Shown: in pieces, positions 23,984-36,623 of the stretch
How the letters are laid out: each line of letters opens with the position of its first letter
Position numbering within the stretch: the stretch's first letter is position 1
The notes under the pieces: generated by a model
Database searches by the model: none
Told to the model about the DNA's origin: nothing
What the model saw: only the letters and a program-made list of their open reading frames with translations
Made by a program: the position numbers and the translations under genes
NCBI GenBank assembly: GCA_010405405.1
Contig: MU004241.1
Span: 1,027,359-1,091,358, forward strand
DNA: 64,000 bases
Source: Microthyrium microscopicum
Lineage: Eukaryota
Reading direction: 5' to 3'

Positions 23984-24589
23984 TTATCCCATTCTCTGCT
24001 TTCGCCTAACCCATACCTGTCTATCCTCTTCATTGCCAGTGACTTTTCTCAGCTGCACTTCCCACAGTTTCAGCTTGTAATTTCCCCGGTCAGCGAGGCC
24101 AGTGAACAAGTCAAAGCTCCATTCATGCTTTGGGCATGTGATGCCCGCGGAAAGCGTTACGCCAAAGTCTTCAATATCAAAGGGAGTACCATTTGATAAT
24201 GGATAGGAAGAGTGTGGACATTTCTGAACCCACAAGTTAGCCACCTCAAATTTATATACAAAGCTAGATGTCAGAAAAATACATACGTTATCAACGGCGT
24301 GAAACTTTCCTCTATACTGAAAGACGAGAACTTGATGTCCTTTCCGTAGCGAAGCGTTGACTTGTTCGTTCGGGTGCTCCGATAGCTGAGTTGCCTGGAC
24401 ATTGCCATCCTCTGCATCGGGCGCGAGGAACACTTTGCAGCCATGCTCTCCAATAGACTTGTCGTCGCAACTGACTTGCTCGGCTAGGACAATGCTACCA
24501 GAGTCTGATATGTTTGGAAACGACGACGTTAAGCCAACATTAATCCATCCCTCACCATGAAGGGAAGAGGATCCGTAAGGACGTGCCAT
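23984..24589 (-). CDS. Rieske [2Fe-2S] ferredoxin-domain protein
   Basis: FHAVDN|KCPHSSYPL and ITCPKHEWSFDLFTG Rieske boxes; intron 24286-24224; first in-frame ATG at 24589. Confidence 0.88.
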   Translation of the reverse strand: MARPYGSSSLHGEGWINVGLTSSFPNISDSGSIVLAEQVSCDDKSIGEHGCKVFLAPDAEDGNVQATQLSEHPNEQVNASLRKGHQVLVFQYRGKFHAVDNVCIFLTSSFVYKFEVANLWVQKCPHSSYPLSNGTPFDIEDFGVTLSAGITCPKHEWSFDLFTGLADRGNYKLKLWEVQLRKVTGNEEDRQVWVRRKQRMG

Positions 24590-25142
24590 TGGTAGACCTA
24601 GTGTAGATGGACGAAATATGAGCGCAGTGCCAGTAGTCAACGCAAGTCTCAAACGCCTTCAAGACTTTGAGCTGATCCACCGCCGGAACTGATTAGAAAT
24701 TTGTTGCTGTCATGGTAGAAATGGTGATATGAGGATGAGCCGAGATCCAAGAAACGACTACCAGCCGCGATCGAGTAACTTATTCTGTCCTAACGATCGT
24801 GAAACTTGAAAGATTTCTTTGTGATAAGTTTGGTGTGCTTGCTCACCCCACTTTGGATCTCCACCTCGTAGTACATAACGTCGGTTAGTACAAATCGTAT
24901 TCTTATATAAGCAAGTCAAACCCGAGAGTTTTTGAAAGTGATACAAGACCATATAGGCTTATCGCTTTTCTATTCACTCTACACGTCTAGGTGCTGTACA
25001 AAATGGATGAGTGTGTGGAACGATTGCAGAACGTAATTGAAGAACATCACGCCATGAAGCACCCCAAAGCTGCTTGAGTGTCGGGAATTTCTACATGTTG
25101 GATCAAATTCCTTTGATAAGAAAAGAAATTGATTGTTGATAA

Positions 25143-26967
25143 TCATGTCGCTGACGGGGCAATCGCGTTCCACATTTCTACCGAATGTATCGAACAAAAT
25201 AGTTCCGAATGCATGGTCTCTCGCAAGCAATCCGTGAAATCTTCCCAAGATGTGATGTTTAAGGCAAAACATAGCTGTCTCAAGCTCAAGAGAAAAAAGT
25301 CCTTAGCTGATGGATCTCGAGTGTCAGCGGCACCGACATAACAGATCCACATTAGCAAAGTCACCAATAGTCTGGGAGCTGAAATGGTTGAAAAGTCCGC
25401 AAGTGGCGGCATAGACACTCTCAATCTATCGAATAGATTTCGATGTCTTTTCGCATCCCGTGGTGTTTCTCGAATGGCTAGGTGTAAGAACAATTGGGCA
25501 GCAAGTGCCAGCAACTCGGAGATATCAAACGCCGAGTCGAAAGACTCGACACGAATTATATTGCCTGTGTTGTTTATGCTGGATAATTTATGTTCGAGAA
25601 AATAAATTCCGTTGGCAATGGGAAATTTGTTTCCATATCCAGGCACATACTCTCGGATTTTGATAGTAAGCGTATAAAGTTGCTCTAGTGCTTCGAGCAC
25701 ATCGAGGCGGTTGAATGTTAGGTCGGAAGGCCCATAATCTGTTGACTCTGTGATGTTGCGTGTAATGAATCTATCGTATATCTCTATCGGCCATGCAAAA
25801 GATTCTAATAATGGGAAGAATAATGGCCTATTCCATGTAGCGGCATAACAGAAATCAGCCCTAATCAATGTCAGTGAACAACTTTCGCGCTGGCCCAGGT
25901 TTACATACCAGCTGATAACTCTTTGAACAACGGGTAAATGCTCAAGGGTTTGTAAGCCTCCTCTCAGCTCAATCAACCTAGCGAGTCCCGTCATATGCAC
26001 TGTCGCACTCTCGTAGCTCCCATCGGTAGCCTAATCGCAAGCATTAGAAACAACTACTGGATAAGGCGATGAAATAGACCTACTTCTCGATTGACTAGAA
26101 CACCAACCGCATTGCATATATCATCTGTTGGAAATGCACCAGGCTGATCAAAATGTTCATTGATCAATCTTTCAGCTTTCATGCGATGGTAGAGAATATC
26201 AGGATCATCGATTTCTAGACCCAAGCTATAAACGCGCAGAGTTCCAATCGTTGCAATGAAGGAATAGAGAACAGCTGGGTGTAGTCGAGCAACATTCCAA
26301 ACGTTTCCTTCTGGATTCAATGCGAACGAATTGACTCGTAAATCGTTGTGATCTGATAGAAGAAATCAGCTTATAGCAGTCGCATGATATCCGGTTACTT
26401 ACAATAGTCTAGTATGGCATGAGTTGAAGGAAGAAGAGGAATTGGCAAGCCATTGAAGGCTGGCATTGAAGGTATCCAATACTGTAACCTTTCTTCTGGA
26501 TAGCGAACGACTTCTTCAACCTCTTCAAGTTCTTCTGAAGGCACTGCTCTCACTGATACCTCAACAACCGCCCTATTCTTCCTCGCTTTGCTTTTGCTTA
26601 TAGACTTCGTCGATGATGGATCCACAAGTCGAAATCTGGATGTAAATGCTTTGGCGCCTTGATCATTGCCCCCAGGCTTTGGCCTCAGTGCCAGAGAATT
26701 GGACTCTGCTAAATCCTCATGTTGCTGACCTGTTGCCCGTCGTGCCTGAGCTCTGATAAGTCTTCTCGAATCCGGATTGGCGCTTGCAGCTCCAGGATGT
26801 CCAGTCAAGGTAATGAACTGGAACTCAGGGTTAGATCGTGAAGTGTCTCCACCCGTTAAGCGCGAACCGCGCTTTGAGACCCTGGATCGGCGACCGCGAC
26901 GTGGAGTAGACTCCACAACACTATTTTGTTGATCGTTCGAATCGTCAAATCCTTCAGTATCCTCCAT
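25143..26967 (-). CDS. Fungal-specific transcription-factor-like protein lacking an evident Zn2Cys6 cluster
   Basis: FQFITLTG...RRLIRAQARR N-terminal motif and HMTGLARLIELRGG middle-homology-type motif; multi-exon. Confidence 0.7.
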
Positions 26968-27300
26968 TTCCAATCATCAATCTGTGCCCTGGACGTCTTT
27001 ATTGTACGATTACAGCCGACTGAGAGCAATGGGGACAATTTTCTTCCACCGGGCAATGTCGCAAGCAGTACCCCGGCCCACCATGCAGCTTCGAGTCTAA
27101 TAGTAAGCTAGTAGACATTTACTATTCTACCGTGTTGAGAAGTCGCGTAATGAAAAGAGATTGAAATAATCTAGATGGTCTACATTATCTATGGATGGGA
27201 ATAGAGATTGACATACAACAGACCAGTAATCAACTTTGTCAGCAGCCACAAATGCATCTAACCACAAGTTACAACCAGCTTCTATCTTTAGCACAAAACC

Positions 27301-28379
27301 TCAAACTGCAGTCTTTAGCTCAATATATCGACCAACAACATCTTTCACTTGCTCTTCAAAGCTCCGGAATTTGAAACCAAGCAGCTCTTCCGATCTGCTT
27401 TCGTCAAAAGGCAGCGGAAGCATAGCAGTCTTCCCCTGGCTTAGCACGCCGCTCTTGACCGCGTCGGGAAATTCTTTCGACACAATATCCCACGAAGTCG
27501 CCCAGTCGGTCCCTTTGACACCTTCAGAAGCCAGAGCATATGCTTGGGCGGGAACTTTGGGATCCAAGGCTTTGACGTGCGCGAGCGCAACGTCTAGGAG
27601 ATGTATGGAAGTGCCTGGTACTTTGGACCCGTCACCACCACCAGTGACGGGACCTAGGACGGTCTTGTTTGTTCCGTACATCGCGTCTTTCACGTCTGTG
27701 ACTAGTTCGTTCTGACCGATGATGAAGCCGGGGAGGATGTTCACTACGTCAAAGGACGGCTTCTCTTGCTCGATCCAGGCCTCTGTCTCGTTGAGGGCTT
27801 TGATTTTGCTGGCGCTGTATGCTTCCATGACACTGTGGTATGGGCCGTGAAGAAATGCAGTTCGACTCTTTTCGTTATGAACGGTATGTATCTTACCTGG
27901 AAATTTGATCAGTCTCAATTCATGCTTATGTTGCAAGAAATCTCACCAGAAGTAAAATCCTTGAAAGCAATCACGGCAACGACCGAAGACGTGATTACCA
28001 CACGCTTGACAGTGCTTGCTCTCTGAGCAGCAGTCAGAATGCTCAGTGTTCCTTTGACAGCAGGAGTCACGAAATGCTCTTCCATGTCTGTACCCTGAGC
28101 ATATGAGGAGGTTATGGGCGAGGCGCAGTGTATTATGTATACTGCATCTTTGACGGCTTCATCGTAGGCGCTGTCCGCAAGTAGATCAGGAACTTCGACA
28201 AACTCAAGACGATCTCCCGGGTTAATCGCCTTGATGGAGGGAGCAGAAAGAATCTGGCTAGCTTTGCTCTGGCTTCGGATGGCAGCACGAACGCGATATC
28301 CGGCTTGCAGCGCGTCGACTATAACGCGGTAGCCCAAATGGCCTGAGCCACCTGTAATGAAGACGAGTTCTCCGGTCAT
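27301..28379 (-). CDS. NAD(P)-dependent aldehyde reductase / epimerase-dehydratase (extended SDR, Gre2/DFR-like)
   Basis: ITGGSGHLG Rossmann motif, IHCASP, VVITSS and YSASK (YxxxK) motifs; one intron. Confidence 0.9.
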
Positions 28380-29235
28380 CGATGGTGATGGTTTTGATAT
28401 AGATGGATTAGGAAGAGCTTGTATAGTTGAAGACCTGGTAGGATTGGTGCTTATGTGTGGAATGATATTGAATTGTTGACTTCTGAGAGCGATATCTAGA
28501 GCACTTCAAGATCTGTTTTATATCTGTCCGGCTCTGTATCTTGCCGTCAATTTGCAATCAAGAACTCAAAAGTCTTGGTAATGATTCCTCACCAGGTCTG
28601 GAAAACCCAGCGTCAGGCAAGGATGACAAACGGGAATAGTGTTATAAGAACATCTCATTTGCCCAATGCGGTAATTCCGTTCACAACTCGAATGCATGAC
28701 TTGGCGTACCGCGACTACCGGATAGAATGACAGAATACCGGCGCGGTGTCATTCCTGCATGATATGAGCCTATCTTCTTCTGGTCCGTATTCATCAGAAT
28801 CGCTTCCATGTCTTCCGCAAAGTCTTGATCCGCACGCAAGAATCGAACGAATTGGCGTAGAGGAACGAGTTTGCTTCGAGGGCAATATGCTAGATTTAGT
28901 CGTGGGTACTCGCGGCCGCCCTGACCATCAGTAATATGATCCGAAGACGGGGTTCTTGACCAAGTCCATTTGCATGTCCATGCTCTGGCAGGCTTATCTA
29001 AACTTACTAATCTGTCAAATGTGTAGGAGCGTTGCACTTCTTTACGAACTTACCATGACGGTCAAACGCTTGTAAGAGTAAGAGCACCGACAGAACAAAC
29101 TTTCATAGGAATTCAAAACCTTTACATCGAGAGCTGAAGAATGCACCAAGGTCGCAAATGAATAAGTATATTCCGCTGATAAAGGGGTATAGATAGCACA
29201 AGGCCGACGCCAAAATCATAACCAACATAGAAAGC

Positions 29236-30743
29236 CTACAACGCCTTCAACTTGCCCAGTATCCCTCGAATACTCTCGCCCCCTTCTCGGCCCTCTCGTC
29301 CACCGATCTTTTCCTCAAGTCGTCCAATTTCTTTGATGGCTTTTCGCTCGAGCTCGGCAATAACGCGTCGTGTATACTCAAAGCTACCGCACTTTTCCAA
29401 GTAGTCTACGGCATAGCGCTTGACTTCGATGTCTTGGGTCCGCTGCCGGAGCACATTGAGCAGCACGAGATTGCTGGGTTGGGCACGAATGGCGTGGACT
29501 ACTGGGAAGGAGAACTTTCCTTCTGTCAAGTCTTCGGCGAGTCCTTTGCGAGAGTGGTATGTGGTGGAGCAGAGATTCAGTAGGTCGTCGAGAATTTGGA
29601 AGAGAAGACCGATGGTGGTCGTCAGCGGTACACAGGTCAATTCGGAAGCAGACGAGGTGGATTTTGCGCTCGTGTTAGCCTGCGTTTGATCTGCGCCTGC
29701 AGTAGCGGGTGATTCTTTTGGCACACTCGTGGTATCTTGCAGAGCCGTTGAACCAGATTTACGCAACGTGGTGCTTTCAGCTTCCATAAGCTTTATGGCA
29801 AGGCGGAACAGGCCACCTGTCTTATTCGAAACCATCTCCAGATAGTCGGCCTCAGTAGGACACGTGAGGGTGTCTCGCCAAAAGAGGTCCATTCCTTGTC
29901 CTCGATGTAAATTTAAAAGCTCTTCGGTGAATATTTGGATACATAGAGGATTATTGAGGGTCGATAGCTCTTGTAAGGCCAGAAAATAGACATAATTTGC
30001 GCTGTTGATGACCTGCGGAACTCCAAAGATGTTGTGAGCCACAGGTTCTCCTCTTCGCAATAATGATGAATCTTCGACGTCGTCAACCCTATTATAGTCA
30101 GTGTCGTGTCAATTGCTCATGATTTTGTCCGTTCTTACAGTAGGCTAGCCGTGTGCAGCATGCCAACTACTTTCGTAATGACAGCCAGCTTATCTTCTGG
30201 AACTTGTAGCCATTCGTTAAACGCAGATACAAGCTGGCCTCTTATGTCTTTGCCAGGCTGTCCATATAAATATTCAAAAGGTCCAAGTAGAACCTTCTCT
30301 TTCTCTGAAGACCAAGACGCCCGCTTTGCATGAATGAGATCGTCGCCAATCGTCTTTGGAGGGGTTTCGACAGGCTGATTTGGAGCCATTGTGAGGTAGT
30401 CTTTTTTCGGTGAAAGACTTTCCCTTTGCTTGGAACGTATGGTGTGGGAGTGTCGTCTTGAAGCTTTAGACTGGTTGCCCTTGCTTTCGGAAGCTAGCGG
30501 GTCTATGTTACGCGACGTAAGAAGCTTCTTTTCGCGGCTCTGAGCCAACCAATTCTCGGAACTTGTAGATATAGGGCGTTTACTCGATTTTCGAAGCGGA
30601 GGAAGCGGCTGGCCGGGTAATGGCAAAACGGAAGGGAAAGCGACACCGTGGGAGGAGGAACGTGGCGGAACCAATGCGGTTTGTGGAGTTGTGGAGGAAT
30701 CGGGGTGGGTTAGAGCGTCATCTTTAAACACAAGGCTCGACAT
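29236..30743 (-). CDS. Geranylgeranyl diphosphate synthase (al-3/BTS1-like)
   Basis: [26 protein letters not shown] (FARM), [26 protein letters not shown] (SARM) and [11 protein letters not shown] motifs. Confidence 0.95.
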
Positions 30744-31947
30744 GCTCAGAAGATGAAGCTGGAGTGTGAATATCGGCGACCGTGAGCAGTCAAATAATTA
30801 AATGGAAGCCTGGCCGCAGCAGCCGGTCAAGTTGTGGTGGTGCAGCAGGACGGTGGACGCGTGATGAGTCGATGAGCGCACAGCTTGGTAGAGCTTCAAC
30901 CTGGCCTCCCAACCATTGATATTTTTTTGGGGAGCTCTGAACACTGACAAAATTACAAAAACGTGGTATATTTGTTGAGCAAAAAGACAGAATCTTACAA
31001 GCTTCACAGGATAGGAGTGTTTATAGTCGATTCTCAAGTCGTGGCTCTCTCAAGGGGGCTCTCTCAAGGGGGTTCTCACTCAACATGCAACTTTGTTCCC
31101 GTCTGATGTTTGCTCTCCAGAGGCCCGGATTGGGTCCCACATGGCAGCATGTGATGAAGCAAGGCTCCACAAAGAACCAATCATCAAGACAGAGAGGTGT
31201 CGGTTCTTGAATAGAATGCGGGGTTGCGTGTCCAGAAATGTACCTTGCAGACAGCTCCAATATTGAGTCGTCAGATTTCAGCATCGGCTAGAGACGGTAG
31301 CGAGGTCAAAGAGATGGAATCACAGCCAGTCAGAAGAGTACGTAATGTCAAAGTGATATGTTCAGAGAGAGTCCATCTGCAACGTCGACTATATCTCTCA
31401 TGTTATGCTAAAGATGTAGTAGGTATCGCCCAAGAAGGAAACAGTCACAACTGCTCCTTTCGACATCCTGCATCACAATGCCCATTCAAACAGTTGGAAG
31501 CTGACTTTTCTATGCAAAAACCTATATTAGGTACTGTGAGATTTGTATCAACCAAGAATCATAATAGTAATGGCACGATGGGTGGGTTGGGTGGATTTAG
31601 AAAATATCCGTTCAGTATTCAATGTTCAATTTGAAGGCTGATAATTGGATTATTTCTGCACATGTGCCTGAAGATACTCATCAAGCCTTATTACCAAGGC
31701 CAAATGGTTTCCTAGCAACGCCACCCTGGTCAATAAACACTAACATCAAATCTGATCTTTTTTAAGCCTCAACATCTCCACCCGAAAAGTGTCCACGCCA
31801 CCCACGTTTTCCAAGAGCGTGTCATTTCTAGCGCGCCACCTACTACTTGCGCCTTTCTTGACAAACTGATCTCAGTCAAACCTAAAAAGTGTGCATCAAC
31901 AACCTTTATCAACCTCTGCGCAGGCTGAGCAAGGCCTCAACCCAGCA

Positions 31948-32911
31948 ATGGAGTCTCTACTCTCTCTATCTTTCTCCAACATCTCCTCTCGTGATGCAGT
32001 CAAAATACGCAAAGGCCTAAGGCAAATAGAAGGCTTATTAGCCCAAATTTGTCTATCGTCAATAAAAGGTGGCTCCAACCGGAGAACTAGTGTGGTGGAT
32101 ATATTGCCAACTACGTGCAAGAAGATCGATGAGCTGGTTGAAGATCCCGCATTCTATGAGTTCTTTCGACTTCAAGATGGATTCGAATGGAATGGTAAGT
32201 TCTGCTTTGCAGTGCTCTTGTTATTGGGTACATGGACTGACCACATTTTAGTTACCACTCATCTCATCACATGCCTCGAACGACTACTCTCCATGCATTC
32301 GAATACTGCAAACGATACTCTTCTACTCAGTGCACTGAATCTGCTACAAGGAATGCTCTTGCTACACCCGCCCTCTCGCGCACTATTCTCCAGAGAAATC
32401 TACATGAACGTGAGTTTAAAGAATCGATGACTGATCTGGTGAGTCCAGCTGACTAAATAAAAAACAGCTCCTCCTCGACCTCCTCCCACCTTCCCTCCCA
32501 CCTTCAATACAATCCGCCACTCTCATTGTCCTAGTGATCGCTCTCCTCGATAATCCACAAAATGTCCGCGTATTCGAAGCTGCAGACGGCCTACTTGCCG
32601 TAAGCGCTCTGCTACAAGACCCCGACACCACACGTATGGTCCGATCCAAAGTGCTGGAATTCCTGTACTTCTATCTTCTTCCCGAGCGAGATATAAGTCC
32701 CGCAGGCTCGTACTCGACCGACACGGCTCGAAAGATCCCAACCACGGGTAGTGGTAGCAGTGCGGACCTATCCCTGACAGATTTCGACGAGCGGTGTATA
32801 CTTCGAACTGGTCGAGAAAAGCAGCGGTTGCTTGGGCGACACATAGAAAGCATCGGGGAGTTGATGGCTGAATTCGAAGAAAGTAGAATTTTCGAAGGTG
32901 CTGGAGGATAG
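31948..32911 (+). CDS. Cdc14 septation-initiation-network protein (S. pombe Cdc14-type, not the phosphatase)
   Basis: MESLLSLSF...KIRKGLRQIEGLLAQICL, FFRLQDGFEWN, QGMLLLHPPSR, NVRVFE and KVLEFLYFYL motifs; two introns. Confidence 0.88.
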
Positions 32912-33149
32912 TGTGCTCTGTGATAGCCATGGGCGTTTGTGGCCAAGAGCGTGTATTGGACACAGTGGATCGCGGTTGCTGGTTGCGTGTTTTTATGACT
33001 GCGCATGAAAGAACTATGAATATCATGAGGATAATGAGAACAATTTCCCCTTCCAACTAACTTACCATCACGAAGACCTTTAGTGTTTCGAATAACAATA
33101 TGGGGTGGCTCCAGTCTATAAGGTTGAAGTACGAGTTTATGAGTGATCT

Positions 33150-33779
33150 TCATCCATCCACAACATATTGATGTCTCCTCCACTTCTTTTTCTTTTCGAC
33201 AGCTCCTCTCCAGACTTGACCGTGCAAGAGATGGGAAGCTTCCGACTCCGCTGGCTTCACCCGACGTACATAGTTCAAAGTAACACTTGAACTATCTTCT
33301 GGGAACTTTGCTGGAGTGGTAGGTGAAGAGCCAAGGGTTGTGGTTTCTGGTCCAGCAAGAGGAGGAGTATTTGGGGACGAAGTCGTTGGCGAAGACTTCA
33401 TGTCTACATCTCGGGAGGATGAAGTAGTCTCGGTTTTGTTTTCATCGTCCATCGCTAGACTCGGCGCAGGTACATGTGGATACACTGGAGGTAATGCTTC
33501 TGAGGTATTGGTATCTAGAGTATTGTCTGCTTTGCCACTTTCGAATTCCGGATTTGGTTGTACACTTTCAAGAAGAGACTTGAGCATTGGATGTTCGCCT
33601 GGGCCTGGCAATTGTCGAACTGGTTGTGTCCATATCGATTCAGGGTCCCAACAGAGTTCTTCACTCTCTGTCGAACTGTCGTTCATATCTGAATTCGATT
33701 CGGGTTTTTGTTTCTGCTTTTGTTTACGGTCTCTCTCATTCTTCCGTCTAATCGACAAGCGTTTGGTGATTTGTTGCAT
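33150..33779 (-). CDS. Hypothetical low-complexity (S/T/P/E-rich) protein with basic termini
   Basis: 209-aa ATG-started ORF with protein-like composition; no recognisable domain. Confidence 0.5.
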   Translation of the reverse strand: MQQITKRLSIRRKNERDRKQKQKQKPESNSDMNDSSTESEELCWDPESIWTQPVRQLPGPGEHPMLKSLLESVQPNPEFESGKADNTLDTNTSEALPPVYPHVPAPSLAMDDENKTETTSSSRDVDMKSSPTTSSPNTPPLAGPETTTLGSSPTTPAKFPEDSSSVTLNYVRRVKPAESEASHLLHGQVWRGAVEKKKKWRRHQYVVDG

Positions 33780-36623
33780 ACTTGATACGAAGTGGCAAAT
33801 AGAAGGTCCAGTATGGACTTGAAAAATTCCAGGTCATATATAAATATTCAAATGATTTTGCCACTTGCTAAAATCCAACACAACGTGCGCTCACGTTTCC
33901 CCAACTTCCTGCGGGCCCTACAATGATAAATATCTTGGTACCCACGTTAGCCAATTGTCAAATATGCAGCACACCCACAGCACCTTCAATTAAACGCGCC
34001 ACTGACTCTAGTATTGGGTCGCTTCCTGTTACCAGCCGCAGGCCAAAGTGAGGCTTGCGCAACAACAGATCCTATGCAACCATTTGAAAGTAAGCCCCCT
34101 GCAAGCGACATGTTACCAGGTATTTGGTGCCAGTCTGCCAGAGGCAAAGGCTGTTTTAGAGTTGGAACAGCCAACCTCGTGCCAGAGTTCTAACATCACC
34201 AACAACTCGGGGCTGAGGCTGACTGGGTGGTATCTTTTGACGAGATTTTCGTCATCTCGTGTATCCAGCTCCTAGGATGCTCATAGTATGGCACTGAGGA
34301 TTTGAGACGAACCAGCTAGCCACAGGTCGAGCCGCAGGAGGAAAGAGACCAGTGCAGAATGCAGATGAGATTTACCTTCGATTAGATCCTCAAAAGGGAC
34401 TGAGTTAAGCTTACAAGCGCTTGCCTAATAGCTCAAAGTCAATTAGTGTTATTATTTCGGTATAAACCGTCTCCACGCCGATCATTAGAGTTATTCGAAA
34501 GCGTTTTACGCTTTTAGGGAAATAGTGGTATGCGAAGGAGCATAGCTTGATTGGTTAGATCTGAGCATTATCATTTATCGAATTCTAAGAATCGCATCTT
34601 TCTCAGTCAAAGGTCATCATCGCCTGTCGTTACGACTTATTACGGCACAGCCAGCCTCATGGGCAAATCATGGTTCTGCTAGTCTTACTATGACTAGCTA
34701 CTAGCAATATATTGGTTCTTCATAATTTCCTGACCTAACCCAGAGTCATGCGCAAATAGTCTCGCTGTTGCTGACTATTAGCAGAATTTGGGAGTCTGGG
34801 ATCGCTCAAGTGCGACAGGACTGGACCCGGATTGTTGCGTCACAACTTACAACTCTTCAGCTGCCCAAGAAGAAAGCCTTCTCAGACATAAGTGATTCTT
34901 TGCAATCCTTTCCCATACTGAAACGTGTAGTCAACCACGCCTCCAAAGATAACTTTGCGGCCAGTCTGCGGCCAACGGCCTACGGCCCTGCGGCAACGAA
35001 CAAACATGAAGAGACGCTCATCGCTTGCCAAGCCAAGGCTGAATATATGATGCCACACATTCAACATAAGTCGTCGAAACTTGAGCAACTGCGACCGGTT
35101 GAAAGTTTGAAACCTATCGAGTTGCAGGAGGCGTTCTGCTCTTAGGCAGTGGCTCGCTATTGTTCAGGGTCCTCAGGGACAACTCTCCCCTAAAAAAACA
35201 GCGCCAGAGTGGTGCAACTCGATTTCTAAAAACGGGCATCACATCGCGGCCTCTTGCTCTTGTCCAACTTCAAAATGGAATTAGAACATGTTCAGCAACG
35301 CCTCATTACAATTCAACCACCACTACGCAGCTTTTAACCAGAGTCACTGAAACACCCGCCATAAAAGTGTGTTTCCAGGCCCCTTGCTGACCACCACCAA
35401 CAAAGCGCGGTCCCATCAGGATTGAGCAACACCAACCTAACCAAGCCAAGCAGTTGGCCGTACCTACTCCGTAGAGCCGCGCTGACGCAGAAAACTCGTT
35501 CTCCTCGCGTGCGCACCCCTCAGCTTTCGCGTGCGCAATGTGGCTTGCCAAGCCTGGGGCGTGGCTGCCGTAGCTTAAAACCTTGTCCGCCAGTTTGGAC
35601 CGCCTTTCAACCCTGTTCTTCACTCTGAGCGGCCGATTCTCTCCAATTCTCAACCTCCAAAACGCGGTCGCTGCCCGGTCACTATCGCAAGCCAGTCCCA
35701 AACTTCTGAGCTCGCGTTAACTATCAGCCCTGGGCTGCTGCACAAGGCTCTTCAATGCAGGCGGTCGGGTCGTGAGAGGGATCCGGAATGTCGGCGTCGC
35801 ACCAACCTCAACGACTTTCCATGATTGCCTTAGCTCGGGGCATCGTAAATTTTTTAAAATCTCAAGATGAATCCTCCTCAGTCCAACAGTTGCAAGTCTC
35901 ATCGATATAATGACTCCTGGATCATAGAATATGGTACGACTCTGAAGTTGCCCACCCCTGGCACGCGCAAAAGACTAAAGTAGTAGGAGAATAGACAGTC
36001 ATGACAGTCACAAAGCTGCGCTCTAACCACACCAAGTCAAGGTAATGTTTAACGCGCTTACTAGTTGGTCTCAATGCCGGTTCAGTACGGAGTACTCCTA
36101 TCATGTATGCCGCGTGAAAGTCGCGAGCGAACATCGTGGGTAGTTTGCGCCGCTGTCACACAAGAAAAAGCTCCTTGCCTTTTGTGTATCACCACAAAAA
36201 TTGGAATCCAAGCAAGTGGCCGTAGGCCTATGCATGTTCACGGCGTTCCCGCTTAACGCGCTTTTAAGAAGCTGCATGTTGGGCAGTGAATGCAGCCTAG
36301 AAGCAACTAGAAGTGATATGCGCAATTGTCCAACTATTGTGCTGCAATATTTGTGGACTACAGGAAATAGGCTGTTTGTTTAGGGCGATATTTGGTTCAC
36401 TAGCATTGACTAAATTGATTCAAGAAACTTCTACTGAATATATGTCCATAGATCATGCGATTAAGCATCTTGGCTGTAAAAATCTTACATAATAACACTA
36501 TTCACAAGCGGAGTTCCAATGAGAATGAATGCAATTCGATTTATTTCCTGAAAGATTATTTTTATGCCGCCGCTCATTCTTTCTATCGAGCTTCATGCTG
36601 TGCCTCTTATGCAACAAAATCAA

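Noticed and set aside
28681..29037. 118-aa minus-strand ORF, and the many antisense/overlapping ORFs in the track
   Set aside because: Non-ATG starts or shadows of real genes; no domain-like features.
27301..30743. Diterpene biosynthetic cluster around the GGPP synthase
   Set aside because: No terpene cyclase, P450 or prenyltransferase nearby; the enzyme looks like the primary-metabolism type.
35805..35825. GGAAAGTC on the minus strand resembling RNase P/MRP CR-I
   Set aside because: No matching CR-V/P4 partner found downstream.
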